A DNA stretch of 64,000 bases. Origin: Lingula anatina (Eukaryota > Animalia > Brachiopoda). Each line of letters opens with the position of its first letter. Within the stretch, counting starts at the first letter, position 1. A model generated the notes under the pieces. That model was not told where the DNA came from. It ran no database searches and was given only the letters and a program-made list of their open reading frames with translations. Positions 54,101 through 64,000 of this stretch are shown here, in pieces. Location of the stretch: NCBI GenBank assembly GCA_051362555.1, contig CM120641.1:25612401-25676400 (forward strand), read 5' to 3'. The position numbers and the translations under genes were made by a program.

Positions 54101-54184
54101 AGTAGTTTAGATCAATAAAAGGCTACAGATCAATCACTCTTTATTAAATTTTTCACCCCTGAACCGTACCCTCCCACATACACT

Positions 54185-54620
54185 ATCTGAACAAGACTAC
54201 TTTGAATGCGGTCACTGGAGTTCTAAAGAAGCATTTTGCACGCTGTGGTGTGCCAATCACCATTGAATCAGATGATGGACCTCAGTTTTCATCTAGTCAG
54301 TTTGATCAATTCACACAGAAATGGGGTGTGAAACATATTAAGTCAAGTCCACATTACCCAAAAGCCAATGGAAGGCAGAATCAGCAGTGAAAACCATAAA
54401 GCACTTTATGTATAAATGTATTGAGAGCAACCAGGATCAGTATGAAGCTTTAATGGAACTGAAAAACAACAGATAGAAAACTGGACTGAGTCCATATCAA
54501 ATGGTACTCGGGGAAACCTGTACGCACATTCTTACCATCCATTGTGAGGTAGAACAAGGATCCAGGAGTGTTGGAAAAGATAAACAGGAGAAATGAAGCA
54601 GTGAAGAAATATCATACAAG
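54185..54620 (+). pseudogene. Ty3/Gypsy integrase core fragment
   Basis: LKKHFARCGVPITIESDDGPQFSS..WGVKHIKSSPHYPKANG, frameshift into KAESAVKTIK. Confidence 0.88.
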
Positions 54621-55579
54621 GTGTACGTGACAAATGGACTCGTACCGCATGCACAAAATCTTGTCTTTGTGCAATAATGAATTCTGAAATTGCCATAACA
54701 TACCAGTTAAGCTTTTTTTTTTGGGGGGGGGGGGCATTTTGGAAATGATGACTACTGCATAAGGATCATCTGTTACTGATTCTATATCCAGATATGCTAG
54801 TAACAGTATCCATGGCAATCTAGGCACATTTCCTGCTTTATCACAAAAATGAACGATCGTGATTAATAACAGTTGTACTAACAATCCAATAATCATGTTA
54901 AAATACCAGAGATTGTTGATCCTTAGCTAATAATCTCCATTTCTTTAATAATAATTTCCTCTGAAAAATGATTATCCATCACCTTTTTCTGAGAGAACAA
55001 TGATATGAAGCAGCCTTGCTGTGTCTGAGAATACATAGCTCTCAGTGTAGCTAGCAGGCTATACAAAAAGTTTAATGCAGTTTCCTAAAAAATATAATGG
55101 AACACATTGAGGTAATACTATATTACAGAATGCAACTTATTAGATATATCCACATCAATGTAACATATGTATCACTGTCATGTCAACATCCACCATGTAC
55201 TTTACATTGTAGATAGTGTGTTGTAGTAATTGTTGGATCATACCCTTGTAAAATATTCTTGAAACAATAAATAAATAAATAATTTTAACATTTATCCCAA
55301 TTCTTTGCCCTTATATTCTGTGCCTCCCTCCCAATGAATGCAGGAACTAATATCTGCATAATGACCAGCTTTTTGATTCCTGGGATTCATGGTGCAATTA
55401 GCTTCCTTCTGTTCAAAAAGAATGGGTGTGATTTGAAAAATGTTATTTCCTTTGGCTCACAACCTTTATTCTTTAGTACAAACAACAGTCATGACAGAGC
55501 ATATCACTTCTCCTCTATGACCTCCTCCAAAGTGCTCTGTAAAAATTAAGGCTCACAGAGTGACAGCTGAGGGTGGATG

Positions 55580-57744
55580 TCACCAATCGTATTCTTCTTC
55601 AAACTTGTCAAAGTCCCTGTCTGTAAATACAGAACCTTCCTCCTTTACCACGGGTTCTGGGGGTCTGTCCTTGGCGAGTTTGCCACGGTGCTGCTCCATT
55701 ATCTGTAAATAATGAATTATAATCACTGCTCAACAAACTGTGTCAATACCTCTGATAACTATGAAAAACTTGGAGAAAAGAAAAAACTTATTTTTTATTC
55801 CTACAGCCTCAAGAAATGAATTATAATTTGCAAAAAAAATTTTCATTTAAGATGTTTTTAAATAATTTTTATGCAACTCATGATGCTGGAATAATCTGGT
55901 TTTAAAAGTATTTGGCAAAACAGAAGCAGAGTTTATTCTTCATGAATATTACTTCTTCATCACCTAGCATTCTACATTTTTGTATGTAAAACGTTCCTGA
56001 GATATTCCCATAGTGTCATTTCTGGGATCTGGTTTATTAAGCAGTTGGTTAAATATGAGAAGAGAAGTTTATTTTTCATTAATATTGTTACCCGATTACC
56101 TGATATTATACAGACCTGTGACAGCAAATTTCCCCCAAAAATATTCTCAGTAACAGTTTATATAGAGACATAATAAGGGCATATTCCCAGAGCTTTTAGA
56201 TCGATCTATCCCCGCGGGGAGTCTCACTAGATTACTGTCAGATAATCCGGCTTAAATGTCCGTCCCGTCTACAACAAACTGTAAGGGGGTAATTAACTTT
56301 CGTGCCCGCTCGGCTGACAGCTATTTAGCGTGAACCCCCAGGGAGTTAGGTTGACCTAAAGTAGATCGATCTAAGCTCTGGGAATGGGGTCTAAAAGTTT
56401 TGTTTACTGACCTTTTCCACCACAGATGAGTGAGGTTTGTGTGAGTTGGAGAGTAACTGTAGAAAATACAAATTGTCAGTGGTATTGTCCTTTGGTTTGT
56501 TTTTCCTGTACTCTTCTGTAATACAAGAACACATTCATTATATAAATTGTTGGCCACAATAAAGCTAAATGTGATGTGAATACGTTCTCTTTATACCTTT
56601 GGCATGAGAAAACTAATTGAATTCTAATAAAAAAGACCATTTATAGTGAAACATAAAACTTGATCAAAGGGAATCATACAAAGCATTAGAAATATTACAT
56701 GTTATAGATATTTGATTAAGTCAGTGTCATTCACAGTGAGCCAATCTAAAAAAAATGGGATTGTTTCTTCATAAACTTGTTATAGATATGACAATAAATA
56801 CTCACCAACTACAGACTTAAGTTTCTTTCCCTTTACAGTCACTTTGTTTTTATTTGGTTTTTGAGTCAATCGCTCTTTCTGCTTTTTGACACCTTTTTTA
56901 TTAGTGCCCAGGAGGTTTCTAGAACTTGTGCTATCTGACTTCTCTGATTTTCCTTTCTTTGGGCTATTCGAGTCTGAAAAAAATTGAACATATATTCATT
57001 TACATGATTTTTAAACAATACATTGAACTGATTTTAAACTACACCTCTATCTACTTAATTTCCACACAATGCACTAGAAGAAATACTGTCTGCATGTTTG
57101 CAGGCATCAAAAAGGATAATAGCATTTTGTGACTTACAGCTGCGAGTTTGTGATTGTAATCACCAAATTAATCGTGCTAACTTTTTACATACATTTTACG
57201 GGGGCGTCTCGATAGTCCGAAGGTTCATTGGTCCGAAGGTTCATTGGTCCGAAAAGTGGTAACATTTTCATCGATTTTTTAATCAAGGGTTCATTGGTCC
57301 GAAGGTTCTATAGTGAACATTCGGACCAATGAACCTTCGGACTATTGAACCTTCGGACTATCGCTACGGCCCCCATTTTACGTGAAATTATAATTTTGTG
57401 TTTGCAACGGAGATATAATTACGACTAATTAGATAAACAGATTGTACAATTACTTTCTGTACATGTTGGCAGTATCTGGCACTGCAGTTCTATACACAGT
57501 TGTAAGTGGGATCATTGTACGTTTACTTCTATCCCACTAATTAAAGGGCAAGCAGTGTACAAAGTACTATAAAGACTACCTACTCCGTCCAACTTGGGGG
57601 GGTGGGTTCACTTTAACCTTTTTGAGTACTCATATCCTTTTCTGAGTCAAAATGCATTATGAAATTACTTTATTACTTACCTTGAAGTGTTTCTAAGTCA
57701 TCCTTAAATAGTTCTAATCCCTTTCTTACAAGAGATGCAGACAT
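55580..57744 (-). CDS. RPS19BP1: Active regulator of SIRT1 (AROS) / RPS19-binding protein 1, 152 aa
   Basis: Exons 57681-57744 (MSASLVRKGLELF), 56806-56973, 56412-56515, 55580-55702 (EGSVFTDRDFDKFEEEYDW*); 459 nt in frame. Both termini match human AROS (MSAALLRRGLELL; EGTVFTEEDFQKFQQEY). AATAAA on the minus strand near 55465-55470. Confidence 0.88.
56183..56385. mobile_element. MITE (about 200 bp) in RPS19BP1 intron 3
   Basis: TIRs ATTCCCAGAGCTT(TT)AGATCGATCTA ... TAGATCGATCTAAGCTCTGGGAAT. Confidence 0.75.
57201..57373. mobile_element. MITE with 9-bp TSD and 15-bp subterminal repeats in RPS19BP1 intron 1
   Basis: CATTTTACG duplicated at 57192-57200 and 57374-57382; inverted arrays of GTCCGAAGGTTCATT / AATGAACCTTCGGAC; GG...CC ends. 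Confidence 0.85.
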
Positions 57745-58047
57745 TTCCGCAAACTTTTCCAAGGATAACTAGGTTTTCACATGTGTACGTCCATTAGGTA
57801 TTCTCCAAATTTCAATGTGCTTTTAAAAAAATATTCCCGTAGTTTCAAAACCATTTATAATATAAATTATTTAATTTTTTTAAATTTTATTTTATTTAGT
57901 GATTCTTTAAGATATGTACAGCAAACAAAAGTTTGAAATAGATTTAAATTCCACACGAGATTTGAGATTACTCGACCTCTGACCTTGACATGATTCTCGG
58001 CATCCATGTTTATTGAACCCGTTCAGGTTGATAGAGGCGTGAAGAAG
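57745..58047 (+). promoter_or_regulatory. Divergent promoter and probable non-coding first exon of an unidentified plus-strand gene
   Basis: Strong donor AAG|GTGAGT after 58047, about 300 bp from the RPS19BP1 ATG; TGACCTTGA at 57980-57988; candidate 13-nt exon at 58776-58788. No coding exon identified. Confidence 0.45.
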
Positions 58048-59296
58048 GTGAGTTCATCAATGGACTGTCTTGCGTTATAAAATGAGTACAAATAGACAAA
58101 AACTTTGGATGTAACATAGTCTATGTATTATCTTCAACGGGGACGACAAGTAAGAAAGACGTGCTTAACCGACAAAATAAGGTGGGCAAGTTTAAAATCA
58201 AACAACAGAAGGTCATTTTAGCCGGACAACAATTTGTGTTGTTGAAATCTTTGAAAGAAACACTCATGTAAATTGAGTAATTAAAATTTTGTAATATTGC
58301 TAGACCTCCTGTTGAGGTAACACATATATTTGAATTGCCACGATTCTATATCTAGATTTATGCTATTATAAATAATGGAGACCACGTTGCGTCTTTTTCT
58401 GCTAACTAAGTATTGGTAACTGATTTGAGCGAGAGACAATAGCCGGATCTTTTTATTCCTGGAAAGGATGCAACCTTGTCTTGGTTTTAAAATTGTAAGT
58501 CCAGATATAGATTCAATAAAACTGGCGTGAGAACTTCTCGTTGGATGGTTCTTTAGTATACGTCACAATAATATTTTTGTGATACCCCCCCCCCCCAAAA
58601 AAAAAAGCAATTTTGTCCTACTGTCTCATGCCACTGGTACAACCCTGTCCCAGGGCATGCCAGCCCTTTATAATTTGTACCTGCTGTTTCCCAACTTAGC
58701 ACTCAGCACTTTGGTGACGGAGGAGGGAAAGTTCCTGGTGGACAAATGTTCTTTTGTGTGCTTTTTGTGCTGCAGATGGGCTAGGAAGGTGAGAGTGTCA
58801 ACACCCTGTATCTATATATTATCAGTTACACTAATAAAAGAGCTGTGTGTCAACTATTAATCATGCTAGATATGCCAGACAACTAGCCTTTAAAACCAAC
58901 ATGAAACAGGGATGAGATTTTTCCTACTATCAACAGGTTTCTGACATTTTTGGAGTAAAAAATATCATCAACCTAGATGGCCCCCTTAACCCCACACCAT
59001 ATTTTGTTGCAAATTTTTTTTTAAATATATGGCAGTCTTATCCCTGCTAGAAATGGTCATTAGATGACAGGGATTTACACTTGAGCTATGGTCCAGTGAA
59101 GGTGTCATATGCGAAATTTTGATGCAAAAATACAAGTAACATATTTTTTATAATGAAGTGGAGGTTGATTTAATATTCACAAGTTACATGAATTCTTGTC
59201 TTTTTTAGCAGAATTAATAAATTTATCATATTTATACCTTCATGTATACAACACTGTGGTTTGTTTAATCCTTTCACTTTAAAGAAATTAAGAGGT

Positions 59297-59297
59297 T

Positions 59298-59367
<70 letters not shown>
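59297..59367. repeat. (CT)n microsatellite
   Basis: Direct read. Confidence 0.95.
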
Positions 59368-59370
<3 letters not shown>

Positions 59371-59507
59371 GATATCAAATGCTATTGGATGGAAGTTCAA
59401 TAGACTGACATAAGTGTCAGTTTTACAGCCAGTCCTTATTGCCATTAAGAGGAATATCATCATTTTTATACCTAAGTTTATCAGGTAAGATTTTTTTTTT
59501 TGATTTA

Positions 59508-61751
59508 CGGTAAAGTCTTGAAAATTTCGTCGTTCTTGAAAATTTCGTCGACAGACGATTTTCCGCCGAGGTAATTTTTTTCCCCTTGAAAACTTCGTCG
59601 ACCTTGAAAATGAGGTACTCAATAATTTTTGAAAAGTTCGTCACCAAATATGGCCGCGTTGTCCAGCTCAAACATGAAGGTAATGCGTCAGTTGATTCAA
59701 GACAATCATACGATCAGGATATCATTGCCGATAACACTCTCAATGGGAGATAGGAACAATAGTGCGCCCCTGCGAGCGGTTACTCACAATATAAGTGGTT
59801 AAGATGTGAATCCCCGTTCTTAATTGCGGGAACATCGGCCTTTTGTCTAAATAGTTTCATTACTATTACCTGGCTCAAGGTGCGTTATCAAGCCGGCAAA
59901 TAAAAGTCACAGGCCGCGGCTTTGTCATTTGTAACGCCGTTATTGTTATCGGCGGCTGTCCTAAATGAGGAAGACACAATGAAAAATCAAGATATTATCT
60001 CGAAGGGAAATGTACCCGTCACTTCTATTCATGTCCATGTTCAATTTAGGACCATTTAACAATTACCTGGCTCATCCATGGAGATCGTTCGCAATGCGAA
60101 TGGGACGAGATGGCAATTTTCATAGCTTCAGCAGAGAATCTTTCGCGTAATATTGTCAACAGATCGTTCGCGATCCAAACGAGACAAGAAGAAAATTTTC
60201 ATATTTATAGCAGACTCCGTTCGCGTAAGATCATCAGCGGGAGATCGTTTGCGATCCGAGCGAGACGAAAAGGCAATTTTCATGTCATCATCGGGAGATC
60301 GTTCGCGATGTAAGCAAGAATGAAATGCAATTTTCAAATTAGTGCAAGGAACTTAGTTTGCAAAAGATCGTCAGCGGGAGATCACTATTCTAACCCCCCC
60401 CCCCTTTGAATTTAATAAATAATATATATATATTTAATAAATAATATATATATATATTTTATATATATTTTCATTTTATCTTAACCCCCCCCTTCCCCGC
60501 TCATGGCATATCTTCGGCGGAGAATCGTTCGCGTAAGATAATCATCGCGGGATCGTTTGCGATGTAAGCAAGAATGAAATGCAATTTTTATATTAGTTCA
60601 AGGGATTTAGGGAACTTCGTTAACGGAAGATCGTCAGCGAGAGATCATTATTTCACTCTCCCCCCCCCCCCCCAGACACAGACACACTTTGGATTTAAAA
60701 AATATCTTTTTCATTTTATCTTTAAACAGCCCCCCCTCCCCCGCTCACGGTATATATTCGGCGGAGAATCGTTCGCGTAATATCCTCAGGACTTTGTTCG
60801 CGTTAGATCATATCAGAGGGAGATCGTTCGCGATCCTAGCTTGACGTAAAGGCAATTTTCATATCATCGTCGGGAGATTGTTCGCGATGTAAGCAATAAT
60901 AAAATGCAGTTTTCATATTAGTACAAGGAACTTAGTTTGCAAACGATCGTCAGCGGGAGATCATTATTTTAACCCCCCCTCCCCTTTGAATATTATAAAT
61001 AATATATATTTTTAATTTCATCTTTAACCCCCCCCCCCTTCCCCGCTCACGGCATACATGTATCTTCGGCGAAGAATCGTTTGCGTAATAAATCGCCAGG
61101 ACTTTGTTCGCGTAAGATCGTCAGAGGGAGATCGTTCGCGATCCGAGCGAGACGAAAAGGCAATCTTCATATCATCATCGGGAGATCGTTCAGTTTTCAT
61201 ATAAGTTCAAGAAACTTAAATTGCGGAAGATCGTCTGCGGGAGCAATTATTTTAACTCCCTGTAAATTTTTAGGAAGTTACAGATGGTACTTTTAGAAGG
61301 CCTGACATTCAATCCTGGGAAAAGCCCTGCAGGCAACAAACGTTGCCAAGTGCATAATTTTTTTTAAATATGTCGCGGCCAGGTTATAATGCAAGGAGGC
61401 AATTAAGCTTATCTTGATCCTTCTCCTCTATCAGGAGGTATTTTTCTTACCGAGAAGATAATTCTCAACACATTTTCGGGTACAGTAAGTTAAATTTAAC
61501 TTAATCGAGATGCAGTAATAAATATATTATTATTTACCACCAGAAAACGACTTAGGAAGTAGTTTTAAATATCCCACAATATAGGAGGGTCAAAGATAAC
61601 AGTCGCTAAGGATAAAAGCCCAAAGACCGGATTTTTGAAAATTTCGTCATACCCAGGAGTCGGGGAGAGGTAATTTTGAAAAATTAGTCGGATTTACACA
61701 ATTAAAAATATTAATTAATTTTTAAGCGACGAAATTTTCAAGACTTTACCG
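59508..61751. mobile_element. 2.2-kb non-autonomous Tc1/mariner(pogo)-type element with internal tandem repeats
   Basis: Perfect 25-bp TIR CGGTAAAGTCTTGAAAATTTCGTCG / CGACGAAATTTTCAAGACTTTACCG flanked by TA on both sides; no transposase ORF. Confidence 0.88.
60075..61260. repeat. Composite CpG-rich tandem repeat (GGAGATCGTTCGCGAT / GAATCGTTCGCGTAAGAT subunits, poly-C tracts)
   Basis: Recurrent blocks at about 60240, 60530, 60770-60960 and 61075-61250. Confidence 0.8.
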
Positions 61752-63149
61752 TATTGATCAATAAGGAGCGGTCTGCTGTACCTGTCCCCATTCCGCAAAT
61801 GTTAGATTGGAGATCTTGTTTTTAGTTCTGTGTCTGCTCACAACAAGTACTTATCAATATTGAACAGAAAACTTTCAGTCTTTGTCACTGCTGATGTGAG
61901 TTGATGAGCTTGTTTTTCTTGTCTTGGATAGTACTAGATAACTCGGCTTAGAGTTTACTGGATAAAGAACCTTTTTTTTTACATATAAAAAAAGTCATTG
62001 GCATTCATAACATTTGAAGGGTGATGTAGTGCAAATGTGAGCCGGTAAAATCCTGCTTTATGGTGGAAAGACAATCCAGCAAAGTCAGCAGTATACAGTA
62101 ATAGTGATTTTTATCCATGAGCAGCCAAGAAACAAAAACAGTTATGAAGGGAATAGGCCACATAGTGATCTTTCCTGAATTGATTTGTGGTGGGTACATT
62201 GGGAGATGTACACACATATTGTGCATGCTGAATGTCAAATTGAAGAAAAAATATATGTTACATACACTTTAATGAGTTCAGTACCATCTTTTTTCAGGGG
62301 ATATATTTTGTCAAACAGGAATATGGAATGTGGATTTAGGTTTCAAATAGAAATGTCATATTATTTTGTTTTAAAACAAGGTTGTTTTGTCTGGAGTGTT
62401 GGAAAATGGGATGCTTTTGGGTAACAGCCATTTTGGTTGACATGGAATTTTTCCGTTGGTTTCTTTGGAATGATGATTCATACATGATAATGGTGAAAGG
62501 GACACCTGACCACATGGAATTTTTTTTGTTTTTAAAGAAATCTTCCTGGCTAGATAGCCTGTCATTTTGTTTCAATGCATGTTTTGTCTCTTTTGGGAAG
62601 TTTTGAATTATAAAGAAACATGCATCTCTGCTAAATGAAAATGTCAGGAATGAAGATGACAGTGGTTTCAAAAAAGTCCCTTTATTTTTCTTAGGAATAA
62701 TGAAGTGAGATACAGTTGGTGCTAAAGAGACGTTGAAGAAACCAGCAAAATTTATTGATCCCGTTTATTAATTATTTTTTCATTTAAAATGTTGACATAA
62801 GTATACTGTCCTGTTTAACATGTAGGCATACTGAGTGCCCCCCCCCCCCTCCCCCAGCATTAATGTAGTTCTTTGTCTTCGTTTATATGATTTGGAACAA
62901 GGCATGATCATCCAAATTCATACTACCCAAATTAAAGCTAAATTCTTTATTTGCTTTTAAATTGTAAGGATATTAGTATATGTTATAATGAAAATAATTC
63001 ATTCGGTAATAATGTTGTGTGTGTAGTTTGTCTTGGAGAGTTCCACTAAATGTTGTATATACGAAATGTATTGTGCACTTGATGTAGATTCATATTGTTT
63101 GAATACTGAGGTAGATAAAAAAAAATGGAAGTCGGGGCTCTTAGTCCGG

Positions 63150-64000
63150 TGGCTTAAGGAAAAAATCGTGACACGGAGGATAAAAGCACCAAATTTGGCA
63201 TGTAGTTACCTTTTGACATTCTAAATCAAATTAGAGCCGTAGCCCTCTCAAACAATTTACCATTTGGTCAAAAAATCCAAAATGGCTGCCAATTTATGGA
63301 ATTCTTTAGAAAAATGTACATACCCATGTTTATTTTTATCTAATAAATTATTTTATCAGAGTTTACCACACCCTAATAACCCATTTTATTCATATATGTC
63401 AGATAGCAAACAAGTTCCCTTGGACTTCTTGAAAAAATCCAAGATGGCTGTCATATGCCATAGAAACAGCCATAGGAATACTAGTACCCAATTAATACCA
63501 GCTAGAAAGGTACGTTGTCCACTATTAAATTAAGTCTGTTTCTCAGATTTTTGTTACCCACATAATAGTTTGTGGTGAGTAACTGTGTTCTTGGGCATTT
63601 TGGAAAATCCAAGATGGCTGCCATGTGCCACAGGACTTCTAGTATACGGGGATTCAACTAATGGCAACTGGAAAGATTAATTTTCCACTATCAAATTAAG
63701 TTTGTTTCTGAGTGTTTTCCACATCCTTTCACCCACACAATATGTATGTGGTGAGTTACTAACCTTGGGCATTTTGAGAAAATCCAAGATGGCTGCCATA
63801 TGTCATAGGAAATCTTCTAGTATTACAAAGGGTTAGAACTAATGCCAGCTAGGAAAAACATAATTCACTATCAAATTCATTTTATTTTTTTAAGTGTTTT
63901 ACACATTATTATTACACTGTGGTACATATCTAGCAGGTAATAAATGTGCATATTTGATCATTTTGAGAAAATCCAAGATGGCCGTCATTGGCCATAGGAA
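63150..64000. repeat. Non-autonomous DNA element with ~160-190-bp tandem units (AAAATCCAAGATGGCTGCC), running off the right edge
   Basis: Core motif recurs at about 63272, 63434, 63604, 63779 and 63968; ACCAAATTTGGCATGTAG upstream. Confidence 0.75.

Larger units (their letters stand above)
46223..54640 (+). mobile_element. Mosaic island of co-oriented transposon fragments (candidate uni-strand piRNA cluster)
   Basis: Back-to-back fragments of hAT-like DDE, MULE-like, Gypsy (RT, PBS/gag, integrase) and BEL/Pao (gag, integrase) coding sequence, all reading on +, with no complete element. The piRNA interpretation is inference. Confidence 0.85.

Noticed and set aside
45690-54710. Single giant TTAA-flanked transposon enclosing the whole island
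   Set aside because: TTAA occurs on both sides but the candidate inverted termini match only weakly (TGGTATGT...TTTCAG). Not supportable without a copy search.
57201-57373. CRISPR-like look of the GTCCGAAGGTTCATT repeats
   Set aside because: Repeats are adjacent and inverted at the two ends, have no unique spacers, and are bounded by a 9-bp TSD: a MITE in a eukaryotic intron.
59170-59671. 150-aa and 82-aa ORFs with ER repeats
   Set aside because: Derived from the (CT)n microsatellite and the transposon TIR region.
1-64000. tRNA, rRNA or snoRNA genes
   Set aside because: None recognised by eye; tRNAscan-SE and Infernal would be needed to exclude them.

Overview
AT-rich, intron-rich animal genomic DNA, probably a marine lophotrochozoan or mollusc (inferred from gene architecture and repeat types). 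Genes from left to right: (1) the 5' part of an ABCA-family lipid transporter on the minus strand, 11 coding exons 14187->742, continuing off the left edge, with an apparently duplicated ECD1 module; (2) an uncharacterised 291-aa protein with a C-terminal RRM (minus); (3) a 3-mercaptopyruvate sulfurtransferase (MPST, minus), head-to-head with (4) COP9 signalosome subunit 3 (COPS3, plus, 15 exons), whose last intron is GC-AG and holds a MITE and an intact single-ORF Rex1/Babar-type LINE; (5) a GT92/DUF23 glycosyltransferase (minus); (6) AROS/RPS19BP1 (minus), with a probable divergent plus-strand transcript. The most striking feature is an 8.4-kb island (46.2-54.6 kb) between RPS19BP1 and the GT92 gene. 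It is a dense patchwork of short coding fragments from several unrelated transposons (hAT-like DDE, MULE-like, Gypsy, BEL/Pao and others), all on the plus strand and so antisense to the flanking minus-strand genes. This is the architecture expected of a flamenco-like uni-strand piRNA cluster. Several MITEs, Helentron-like elements and microsatellites are also present. Exon structures were derived by hand from splice signals and reading-frame phase; no database searches were run.
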